A stretch of 64,000 bases of DNA. Origin: Slackia sp. Its GTDB lineage: Bacteria; Actinomycetota; Coriobacteriia; Coriobacteriales; Eggerthellaceae. The notes under the pieces are model-generated. The model was not told the DNA's origin, did no database searches, and saw only the letters and a program-made list of their open reading frames with translations. The translations under genes were made by a program, and so were the position numbers. Where the stretch lies: NCBI RefSeq assembly GCF_026168935.1, contig NZ_JAPFDK010000007.1. The stretch is one strand, 5' to 3'. Positions 1 to 8,122 of the stretch are shown here, piece after piece; within the stretch, counting starts at the first letter, position 1, and every line of letters begins with the position of its first letter.

Positions 1-18
1 ACAGCGAAGGGGGGTAGC

Positions 19-981
19 ATGCGTAGCAAGGAATTAGCGGATCTTGCCGGCGTTACCGTTCGTGCGCTTCGTCATTATCATCAGCTGGGGCTTCTGCCTG
101 AGCCTCCGCGCGCGAAAAACGGATACCGGGAATATGGCGCGGTCGATTTGGCGCGCGTGCTGCGCATCAAGCGGTTGTCGTCGCTGGGCATCTCGCTGCA
201 GCAGGTGGCGGAGATGCTTGCCGAAGAGCAGGATTCCGCAGGAAGGGGAGCCGCGGACGGGGCGCAAGTTCACACGACGGATGATGCGCTTGCCGACCTC
301 GACCGCGAGCTTGCTGCGCAAATCGAGCACCTTCAACGGAAGCGCCGCATTATCGCCGAATTACGCGAACGGGCCATCGACCCCGATGTTCCGCCCGTGT
401 TCGGCAAGCACCTTGCCCGACTGCGAGGCGCGGGCGCGAGCAGTGGTCTTGTGGACTATGAGCGGTCGGGTCTTTTGCTGGTCGACCGGTTTTTCGACGA
501 GTCATCGGAAGAGGCCGAGGCCGTTTCTCAGTTTTTCGAGCTTGTGGGAGAGGCGGGGTCGGTCGAGGCGTACGTCGAATTCAACGAGCGTATGCTGAAT
601 CTTCCGCCCGATGCCTCCGACGAGGAATGTGAGCGTCTTGCTGACGATTTCGTTTCTTTCATGGTGCCGATCCTCAAGTTCGGCTGCGAAAAGCACGGGT
701 GGGACCTTTCTGCGGAGAAGATCAAGGGGCTTTCATGCTCTCCCGACTTTCCGTTTTCCTTGCAGGGGTCTGAAAATGCCCGAGTCAAGAGCGAGCGCCC
801 GAAGAACGGTTCCGCATCGTCTAAGTCGCGCGCCGTGGCGGCGGAGTCTTCTTTCCCAAAGGAAGGGCAGGTGCTCGATCTGCTTCTTGACCTTTATGAC
901 GAAGAAACGCTCAACGATGCGCAACGCAGAATGAATGACCTGGTGGTGCGTGGGATTTTGTCCGAGCTTGCGAAAGGATAA
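19..981 (+). CDS. MerR-family transcriptional regulator
   Basis: 320-aa ORF. The N-terminus MRSKELADLAGVTVRALRHYHQLGLLPEP is the classic MerR HTH signature. A purine-rich SD (gaagggggg) lies just upstream of the ATG. The long C-terminal region has no motif I recognise. Confidence 0.85.
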   Translation: MRSKELADLAGVTVRALRHYHQLGLLPEPPRAKNGYREYGAVDLARVLRIKRLSSLGISLQQVAEMLAEEQDSAGRGAADGAQVHTTDDALADLDRELAAQIEHLQRKRRIIAELRERAIDPDVPPVFGKHLARLRGAGASSGLVDYERSGLLLVDRFFDESSEEAEAVSQFFELVGEAGSVEAYVEFNERMLNLPPDASDEECERLADDFVSFMVPILKFGCEKHGWDLSAEKIKGLSCSPDFPFSLQGSENARVKSERPKNGSASSKSRAVAAESSFPKEGQVLDLLLDLYDEETLNDAQRRMNDLVVRGILSELAKG

Positions 982-1077
982 GATCCGAGCGTGCTGGGTC
1001 TTCGCGTCGAGGGGGCATGCTCGGCTGAGCTGGTTATGGCGGCTTCGTGAAGGAGGCCTCATTGCCGGGCATGAGTG

Positions 1078-1108
1078 TTGACTATGACGTAACGTCATAG
1101 TTTTTCAT
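1078..1108 (+). promoter_or_regulatory. Candidate MerR-type operator/promoter for the downstream MFS gene
   Basis: TTGACT (1078-1083) overlaps a perfect inverted repeat ACTATGACG-TAA-CGTCATAGT (1081-1101). It lies 50-75 nt upstream of the MFS start at 1153 and directly downstream of the MerR gene. The -10 element is not obvious (TTTCAT-like after a 19-bp spacer). Confidence 0.5.
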
Positions 1109-1152
1109 GGGGTTCGAACAATCAACGAATTCTTCTGAAAGAGAGCAACTCC

Positions 1153-2373
1153 ATGAGAAAACTTCGCGCTACGCTGCCGTTTGTTGCGTCGAACTCTTTT
1201 TCGCTGCTAGGCAACTCCATTTCTAGCGTCGTTCTTCCGCTGGTGCTTCTTGCAAAAACTGGGGACGCGCTTGCGGCGGGAACTCTGGCCATCATATGCG
1301 CAATACCTCAAGTGCTTGCGGGGGTGTTCGGCGGCGTTCTGCTCGACCGTTTCAATAGGCGAGACCTTTCGGTTGTTTCCGACCTTATCTCTGCGGCATC
1401 GATCGCTGCGCTGCCGATTATCGACGCCACGGTGGGCCTGTCGTTCGGATGGTTCGTTCTTTGCGGCGTCGTCGGCGCGGTGGGCGACATCCCTGGCATG
1501 ACGGCGCGCGACACGCTGCTACCTTCGGTGGTCGAACACGACGGCCTCGAGCTGCAGAAGTTCATGGGCGTCGCACAATCCGTCGACAACCTGGTGGTCA
1601 TCGTTGGCCCTGCCGTGGCGTCGCTCGGCATGGGCTTTCTCGGGTCGACGAATACCTTGTGGTTGACGGCGGGCATGTCGCTGGCCGCAGCCGCGGTCAC
1701 GCTGTTCGTGCCGCGCGCGGTGGGCGTTCCCCCGAAGGCGGGGGCTGGCAGACGCGGCGAGGCGGGCCTGGTGCGCACTGCCGTGGAATCGACCAAGGAA
1801 GGCGTGCGCGTGCTCTTCGCAAGCGATGCCGTGCTGCGTGCTTCGGTGGTGCTGGGCATGCTGATCGTCATTGTGATGGGGAGCTATCAGGGCATGGTGC
1901 TGCCCGTGTTTTTCACGCAGGAGAATGCCCCGACGCTTCTGGGTTACGTGCTTTCGGCCATGTCGATCGGCGCGCTTGTTGGCTCGCTTCTCTATGCGAA
2001 GTGCGCCTATGCGCTTAAGCGTCGCACGTGGTACGTGATTTCGTTCGCGGGCATGGCGTTCGGCGTGGCGGCGCTCGGGTCGCTATGGTCCTACGAGGTG
2101 CTGCTGATCGGCGCGGCGCTGCTCGGCTTGGCGTCGGGCCCGGTGTCGGCGCTGTTCGGATACTTCGTCTACGGCCTCATTCCCGACGAGCATCGAGGCT
2201 CGGCTCTGGGAACGCAGAACTCGCTGCTTTTGGTGGTCACGCCCGTCGCGGTGTTCGCCACGTCGATTGTCATCGAAATCATCGGCGTCGGCACCACGTC
2301 GCTGGTTTTGGCGGCGGCATGGCTCGCCCTGACCGTGTATGCCCTGGTCATGAAGGCGATGCGCGAGATTTAG
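1153..2373 (+). CDS. MFS transporter (efflux-type, about 12 TM)
   Basis: 406-aa ORF, hydrophobic throughout with alternating TM segments and a central cytoplasmic loop. It has an MFS-like D-R-x-x-R-R motif (LLDRFNRRD) after TM2. Confidence 0.8.
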   Translation: MRKLRATLPFVASNSFSLLGNSISSVVLPLVLLAKTGDALAAGTLAIICAIPQVLAGVFGGVLLDRFNRRDLSVVSDLISAASIAALPIIDATVGLSFGWFVLCGVVGAVGDIPGMTARDTLLPSVVEHDGLELQKFMGVAQSVDNLVVIVGPAVASLGMGFLGSTNTLWLTAGMSLAAAAVTLFVPRAVGVPPKAGAGRRGEAGLVRTAVESTKEGVRVLFASDAVLRASVVLGMLIVIVMGSYQGMVLPVFFTQENAPTLLGYVLSAMSIGALVGSLLYAKCAYALKRRTWYVISFAGMAFGVAALGSLWSYEVLLIGAALLGLASGPVSALFGYFVYGLIPDEHRGSALGTQNSLLLVVTPVAVFATSIVIEIIGVGTTSLVLAAAWLALTVYALVMKAMREI

Positions 2374-2480
2374 GTCGGCATGGCGGTTTGTGGCTTTATG
2401 GCGGCTCCGAGCGCGGTGGGTTCAAGGTGCGAGTGTCGAGATCGGCGCCTGCAACCCCCGCTGGAGCGTCTTCGCGGGCT

Positions 2481-2693
2481 AAAATGCACCAAAGGCGGTC
2501 GGGATTCTCGCAAAACGCACGAAACGTATCGATCGGACCGTGCTGCGGCGATATTTGTGATTCGTCCGACCTGCGTTAATACCCTACTGCATCTAAAACG
2601 GGGAATAATCAACAATGAGTACCGGCGTCTAGATCGCCGGGCTGGTACGTTTCGTGCATTTTGCGAGTTCGAAGGGCTCGGTTGATGCATTTT
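2481..2693. repeat. Imperfect 48-bp inverted repeat pair flanking a 117-bp core (MITE-like element or long RNA/DNA hairpin)
   Basis: The left arm 2481-2528 and the reverse complement of the right arm 2646-2693 have equal length. The outermost 12 nt match with 1 mismatch and the innermost 22 nt (positions 27-48) with 1 mismatch (tcgcaaaacgcacgaaacgta vs tcgcaaaatgcacgaaacgta). The middle of the arms is diverged. Aligned by eye. Confidence 0.6.
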
Positions 2694-2886
2694 AAGAGAC
2701 TCGGTCAGCTTGTTATCTCCTTTCGCGGCGTTTGGGACCCAGGCGCATGGAAACGATGCATGTCAAATGCAATTTGGCGGTGACTCGGCGGGATGATATT
2801 GCCATACTGGAAGCCGCTGCATTTGTTTTGCCGAAATAGGTCGGTGGCGTGCGGCGATATGCGGACGCTGCGGGAGAGGAGCCAGG

Positions 2887-3648
2887 ATGTCAGTTTCGTT
2901 TTCAACGGAGAATCACGAAGAGGCCGCTCTGGCCGAGCTTTCGCTCGACGATGCCCAAAAAGCCGAAAGAGGAATAGCTCTTGCATCGTCGGTTGTGGCC
3001 TATAAAGACCTGATGATGACATATTCTTGTGCGGCTAAGATTGTACGGACGAAATTTGAGATTCTTGACGAGGAGTTCAGAATGCGCCGTCTGCGCAATC
3101 CCATACATTCCATCGATACGCGCTTGAAAAGCACGGCGAGCATTATGGATAAGCTTCGAGCGAAGGGTCTCGAGCCTACGGAGGATAACATCATCGAGCA
3201 CGTGCGCGACGTGGCAGGCGTGCGCATTGTCTGTTCATACGTTGATGATATCTACATGCTGGCCGAAGCGGTCGGGCGTCTTTCGGGGATTGAGGTTCTG
3301 GAAACGAAGGATTACATATCCCATCCGAAGCCAAGCGGATACCGATCGCTTCACCTGGTGCTTGACGTGCCGGTTTCTTTTTCTGATTACGAGCAAAAGG
3401 TGAAGGTGGAGGTGCAGATTCGTACCATCGCCATGGATTTCTGGGCAAGCTTGGAACACCAGCTTCAATATAAGCGCGGCCTTGACGACGAAGACGGCCT
3501 TGTCGCCGAGCTTGCGCGCTGTGCCTCCGATATTGCGCGCACGGACGAAAGCATGATGGAAATACGCCGCAGAATAGAGGCGGAGGCTGGCATGGACGGC
3601 CTGGACGTCCTTGCCGAACACGTGCGAAGGCTCGATCGGCCGTTTTAG
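2887..3648 (+). CDS. Small alarmone synthetase (RelA/SpoT-domain GTP pyrophosphokinase, RelP/RelQ-like)
   Basis: 253-aa ORF with the synthetase-domain motifs VAGVRIVCSYVDDIY, YRSLHLVLDVPV and VEVQIRTIAMDFWASLEHQLQYK. There is no hydrolase (HD) domain. A strong SD (gggagaggag) precedes the ATG. Confidence 0.85.
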   Translation: MSVSFSTENHEEAALAELSLDDAQKAERGIALASSVVAYKDLMMTYSCAAKIVRTKFEILDEEFRMRRLRNPIHSIDTRLKSTASIMDKLRAKGLEPTEDNIIEHVRDVAGVRIVCSYVDDIYMLAEAVGRLSGIEVLETKDYISHPKPSGYRSLHLVLDVPVSFSDYEQKVKVEVQIRTIAMDFWASLEHQLQYKRGLDDEDGLVAELARCASDIARTDESMMEIRRRIEAEAGMDGLDVLAEHVRRLDRPF

Positions 3649-3851
3649 GTTTTGCGGGCAGCGCATCGTCTTGCATTCGTACGCGGCGGCGCCTTCAGTG
3701 AAGATACCTCGTTTCTTACGCGATGCGCTCGATTTGCCGCAGGCGCGGTCTGTTTCCTGCGCTATGATGCGCAGCGAAAAAAGACGACAAAGCGGGATTT
3801 CGCGCGGCGGATGGATTCGCTCGCGTCGCATTCCGCGCCAGAGGTGATAGC

Positions 3852-4751
3852 ATGCCGCGTTTCTTTCCCGATTCCACGCTGGTCTTTTCCGGCTTGGGCT
3901 ACGGTCCTGATGGCCCTTATCTGCAGATGAACGACCTTGAGGCGAAAAAACAGATGCGTCTCCCTGTGTTGGGACGCACATTTACCATGAAAAAGCTCCC
4001 TCAGCGATACTGCATAGGTCCCTTCGATCTGAAGACGTATGAGTCTTCCGCGTGCGATTTGGCGGCGGAGCTTCCCGATGAATCCACGTACAAAGACGAT
4101 ATGTGTCCGGCGTGTCGCGAAAAAACGGGCTTCAATCCCGCATTCTACAATGCTGAAAGCATCTCGCCCCAACAGCGTGCGTACAACCTGACGCCGCACT
4201 TCGTCTACATGGCGTACTTTTCGCCCGCACATTTGAAGGTGGGCATTTCGTCGGAAACACGCGGCATAGAGCGCCTGCTCGAACAGGGCGCGCGCGTCGC
4301 TGGCATTCTTAAGCGCTATCCTAATGCGGACGAGGCTCGAGCCCTGGAAGCGCATCTCTGCTCGCAGGACGGCATCCTGGAAACCATGCGCCTTGGCACG
4401 AAGAACAGACTGCTCAGCGAACCTTTTGATGCGCAGGCGGCCATGGAGTGCGTGTACGAAACGGCGCGTCGTTTCGACATAGAGCCCGAGTGCGGCGTGC
4501 TCGATCTGACGCCGTACTATTTCGGCAAGGTCGACACGGTCCCCGACCTCATCCAGGTTCCCGACGGAAGCCCCGAAGATGTCTGCGGGGGCTGCTGCGT
4601 TGGCATGATAGGCGGAACGCTCGCGTTCGAACAGGAGGGCAACGTGTTCGTTGTTCCAGTGAAGGATTGGGAGACGCATGCGGTAGAAATCACCGTGGGC
4701 GAGGTGCTGTGCGAATACGAATACGAGCCGCAGCAGATGGGATTGTGGTAA
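3852..4751 (+). CDS. Cys-rich hypothetical protein, DUF2797-like
   Basis: 299-aa ORF with SD gaggtga 5 nt before the ATG at 3852. It contains C-x16-CPAC and CGGCC cysteine clusters. The core HFVYMAYFSPAHLKVGISSETRGIERLLEQGA resembles, from memory, the conserved VYLA..KVGIT..RW.DQGA block of DUF2797. Its stop TAA (4749-4751) directly abuts the feoAB ATG at 4752. Confidence 0.55.
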   Translation: MPRFFPDSTLVFSGLGYGPDGPYLQMNDLEAKKQMRLPVLGRTFTMKKLPQRYCIGPFDLKTYESSACDLAAELPDESTYKDDMCPACREKTGFNPAFYNAESISPQQRAYNLTPHFVYMAYFSPAHLKVGISSETRGIERLLEQGARVAGILKRYPNADEARALEAHLCSQDGILETMRLGTKNRLLSEPFDAQAAMECVYETARRFDIEPECGVLDLTPYYFGKVDTVPDLIQVPDGSPEDVCGGCCVGMIGGTLAFEQEGNVFVVPVKDWETHAVEITVGEVLCEYEYEPQQMGLW

Positions 4752-7124
4752 ATGGCACGCGAAAGCATGACGCTCGATGCGCTCGAGCAAGGTAAAGACG
4801 CAATTATCGCATCGGTGGAATGTGGAGAAGCCTCTCTGCGCAAGCATATTCTGGATATGGGCCTTACGCCGGGGACCGAAGTGACGTTCGTCAAATGCGC
4901 TCCCATGGGCGACCCCATGGAGGTGCGCCTTCGCGGCTACGAGCTCACGCTTCGCAAAGAAGACGCCGCCCATATTTATGTGCGCGACGTGCATGACGCG
5001 CACGATGTTCGTCGCGTTAATCCGGAGCAGATGCGGACCGATCACCCCGGGAAGGGCGAGTCGCGTCCTTTCCGTCCTCGGGCTACGGGTCGCATTCATA
5101 CGGACGATGCCCCGTTCACCTTTGCGCTCGCCGGTAATCAGAACTGCGGCAAAACCACGCTGTTCAACCAGCTAACGGGTTCGAATCAGCATGTGGGCAA
5201 TTTTCCCGGCGTGACGGTCAGCCGCAAGGATGGCGTTATTCGCAAGCACGAGAATGCGACCGTCACCGACCTTCCCGGCATTTATTCGCTTTCTCCCTAC
5301 ACGGGCGAGGAAGTGGTGACGCGCGAATTCTTGCTGCGCGACAAACCCGATGGCATCATCAACATTGTTGATGCGACAAACATAGAACGCAACCTCTATC
5401 TGACGTTGCAGCTCATTGACCTGGATATTCCCATGGTGCTAGCGCTTAACATGATGGACGAAGTGAGCGCGAACGGCGGCACAATCGACATCAACGCGCT
5501 TGAACACGAGCTCGGAATCCCCGTGGTGCCCATTTCCGCTTCGAAAGGGGAGGGTATCGATGAGCTGGTAGAGCACGCTCTTCATGTCGCCCGCTTCGAT
5601 GAACGTCCTGGTCGTCAGGACTTCTGTCGCCCCGATGCCGCCGACGGTGGTGCGTTGCACCGTTGTATTCACGGCATTTCAGAGCTGGTTGAAGACCACG
5701 CTTCCCGCATGAAGATGCCCTTGCGTTTTGCTGCGACCAAGCTTGTCGAAGGCGATGCCTTGGTGCTTGAATCGTTGCATTTTGACGAAAACGAGAAAGA
5801 CGCGATCGAGCATATCATTGCTCAAATGGAAGAAGAGGGTGGAACCGACCGCATGGCGGCCCTTGCCGACATGCGTTTTCGTTTCATTGAGGACGTATGC
5901 GACGCTACGGTAGTCAAGCCCGCAGTGAGTCGCGAGCATAAGCGCAGCATGGCGATTGACCGTGTACTCACGGGCAAATTCACGGCTTTGCCCGTGTTCG
6001 TGCTGATCATGGCCGTGGTGTTCTGGCTAACGTTCGGTGTGTTCGGGGAGATTCTCAGCGGCTGGATGGATGCCGCCGTATCGTGGGTCACCGACCTCGT
6101 TGATGCGGGGCTTTCCGCCTGGGGCGTCAACGAAGTGGTTCATTCCCTGGTGATTGACGGCGCATTTGCGGGTGTCGGCAGCGTCTTGAGCTTCCTGCCC
6201 ATCATCGTGGTGCTGTTCTTTTTCCTGTCGCTGCTTGAGGATTCGGGCTACATGGCGCGTGTAGCGTTCGTGATGGACAAGCTGCTGCGCAAGATCGGCC
6301 TTTCGGGCAGAAGCTTTGTCCCCATGCTGATTGGATTCGGTTGCTCGGTGCCCGCCATCATGGCAACGCGCACGCTTCCGTCCGAACACGATCGCAAGAT
6401 GACGGTCATGCTGACGCCGTTTATGAGCTGCTCAGCGAAGCTTCCTATATACGCCCTGTTTACGGCGGTGTTTTTCCCCGACCATGCAGCGCTTGTGATG
6501 GTGTTGCTGTACATGATGGGCATGGCCGTGGGCGTACTTGTGGCGCTGGTTCTCAAGCGCACGGCTTTCAAAGGCGATCCCGTGCCGTTCGTCATGGAGC
6601 TTCCTAATTATCGTTTGCCTTCTCTCGGCAATATGGGTCGCTTGGTGTGGGATAAGGCGAAAGACTTCATTACGCGCGCGTTTACAATCATTTTTTTGGC
6701 GTCGGTTGCCATTTGGTTCCTGCAGACGTTCGATATGCGCCTGAACGTGGTAGAGAACTCTGCGGACAGCTTGCTTGCCGCGCTCGGCGGGCTGATTTCT
6801 CCCGTGTTTGCTCCGCTCGGTTTTGCCGATTGGCGTGCGTCTACGGCGCTTGTCACGGGCTTCATCGCTAAAGAAAGCGTGGTTAGCACACTGACCGTTC
6901 TGCTGGGCAGCGCTTCTGCCATTACGAGCCTGTTTACGCCGCTGACGGCGTTTGCTTTCCTGACGTTCGCGCTGCTCTATACGCCGTGCGTTGCTGCCAT
7001 CGCCGCAGTGAAAAACGAGCTTGGCATGAAGAGCGCCTTGATTGTGGCGGCTATGCAATGCGGCGTGGCGTGGATTGTGGCGTTCATCGTGCGTCTAGCC
7101 GGCATGGCGCTCGGCTTGGGATAG
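4752..7124 (+). CDS. feoB: Ferrous iron transporter, FeoA-FeoB fusion
   Basis: 790-aa ORF. The N-terminal 75 aa form a FeoA SH3-like domain (GLTPGTEVTFVKCAPMGDPMEVRLRGYELTLRKEDAAHIYV). This is followed by the FeoB G-domain (ALAGNQNCGKTTLFNQLTG, DLPGIYSL) and a polytopic membrane domain. Confidence 0.93.
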   Translation: MARESMTLDALEQGKDAIIASVECGEASLRKHILDMGLTPGTEVTFVKCAPMGDPMEVRLRGYELTLRKEDAAHIYVRDVHDAHDVRRVNPEQMRTDHPGKGESRPFRPRATGRIHTDDAPFTFALAGNQNCGKTTLFNQLTGSNQHVGNFPGVTVSRKDGVIRKHENATVTDLPGIYSLSPYTGEEVVTREFLLRDKPDGIINIVDATNIERNLYLTLQLIDLDIPMVLALNMMDEVSANGGTIDINALEHELGIPVVPISASKGEGIDELVEHALHVARFDERPGRQDFCRPDAADGGALHRCIHGISELVEDHASRMKMPLRFAATKLVEGDALVLESLHFDENEKDAIEHIIAQMEEEGGTDRMAALADMRFRFIEDVCDATVVKPAVSREHKRSMAIDRVLTGKFTALPVFVLIMAVVFWLTFGVFGEILSGWMDAAVSWVTDLVDAGLSAWGVNEVVHSLVIDGAFAGVGSVLSFLPIIVVLFFFLSLLEDSGYMARVAFVMDKLLRKIGLSGRSFVPMLIGFGCSVPAIMATRTLPSEHDRKMTVMLTPFMSCSAKLPIYALFTAVFFPDHAALVMVLLYMMGMAVGVLVALVLKRTAFKGDPVPFVMELPNYRLPSLGNMGRLVWDKAKDFITRAFTIIFLASVAIWFLQTFDMRLNVVENSADSLLAALGGLISPVFAPLGFADWRASTALVTGFIAKESVVSTLTVLLGSASAITSLFTPLTAFAFLTFALLYTPCVAAIAAVKNELGMKSALIVAAMQCGVAWIVAFIVRLAGMALGLG

Positions 7125-7417
7125 GCGTTTGCGGTTGGCTTCGTTCGCGGCGCAGCTCCGGCCGTGGTATTGTCTTGCTTGACAGGCAGCGTATGAAGGA
7201 AGAACGACGTGCCCGTCTCCGAAGGAAGGTGGGCGCGTTTTGCTGTAGGGCATCAGGAATGCAACGGTCATCGCATTGTTGCGGTGGCGCAAGGCCCCAT
7301 GGGTATAATGAGGGAAACGAAGGGCTTTTCGACGCCGCCTGAGCTCCTTGCCGCGCAAAGACGAAGGCGCGCGCCGTCTCGCTTTGACGCCAGCAACAAG
7401 ATACGGAGCGTGCTGCC

Positions 7418-8119
7418 ATGGCTTTTGTCGAATTCCGCGATGTACGCAAGGTTTACACCATGGGCGAGGTGAAGGTGGCGGCCGTTGACGGCATGACCTT
7501 TGATATCGAGCAGGGCGAACTTGTGGTGGTGGTTGGCCCCTCCGGTTCGGGCAAGACCACGCTTCTCAATATGCTCGGCGGCATGGACTCGTGCACGTCC
7601 GGCTCCATAAAGCTCGACGGGCGCGAAATCAGCCAATTCAGCGCGAAGGAGCTCACCGACTATCGTCGTTACGACATTGGCTTCGTCTTCCAGTTCTACA
7701 ATCTGGTGCAAAACCTTACCGCGCTTGAAAATGTGGAGCTGGCGTCTCAGATTTGCAAAGATTCGCTTCCCGCTGCGGAGGTGCTGGCCCAGGTGGGGCT
7801 TGCGCATCGTGTGGACAATTTTCCGGCGCAGCTCTCCGGCGGCGAACAGCAGCGTGTGGCCATCGCACGTGCGTTGGCGAAAAACCCCAAACTTCTGCTT
7901 TGCGACGAGCCTACAGGCGCTCTCGACTACAAAACGGGCAAGGCTATTCTGAAATTGCTGCAGGACACCTGCGTGCAAACTGGGCGTACCGTCGTCTTGA
8001 TCACGCATAATTCCGCATTCACGGCAATTGCCGACCGTGTCATCCATATTAAGGAGGGCAAGGTGGAAGCCATGGAGCTCAACGATCATCCCATTTCCGC
8101 CGAAACCGTGGAGTGGTAA
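7418..8119 (+). CDS. ABC transporter ATP-binding protein (MacB/LolD/FtsE-like)
   Basis: 233 aa. Walker [13 protein letters not shown], signature [15 protein letters not shown], Walker [13 protein letters not shown]. Confidence 0.92.
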   Translation: MAFVEFRDVRKVYTMGEVKVAAVDGMTFDIEQGELVVVVGPSGSGKTTLLNMLGGMDSCTSGSIKLDGREISQFSAKELTDYRRYDIGFVFQFYNLVQNLTALENVELASQICKDSLPAAEVLAQVGLAHRVDNFPAQLSGGEQQRVAIARALAKNPKLLLCDEPTGALDYKTGKAILKLLQDTCVQTGRTVVLITHNSAFTAIADRVIHIKEGKVEAMELNDHPISAETVEW

Positions 8120-8122
8120 GCC

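Noticed and set aside
3649-3851. Iron-regulator operator (IdeR/DtxR or Fur box) upstream of the feo genes.
   Set aside because: Only a TTAGGTT half-site directly after the SAS stop resembles the IdeR box. The other half does not match, and no Fur-like 19-mer is present.
2887-4751. The alarmone synthetase and its downstream ORF as a toxSAS toxin-antitoxin pair.
   Set aside because: The two genes are separated by about 200 nt, not overlapped. The synthetase looks like an ordinary RelP/RelQ housekeeping SAS, and the downstream gene is instead coupled to feoAB.
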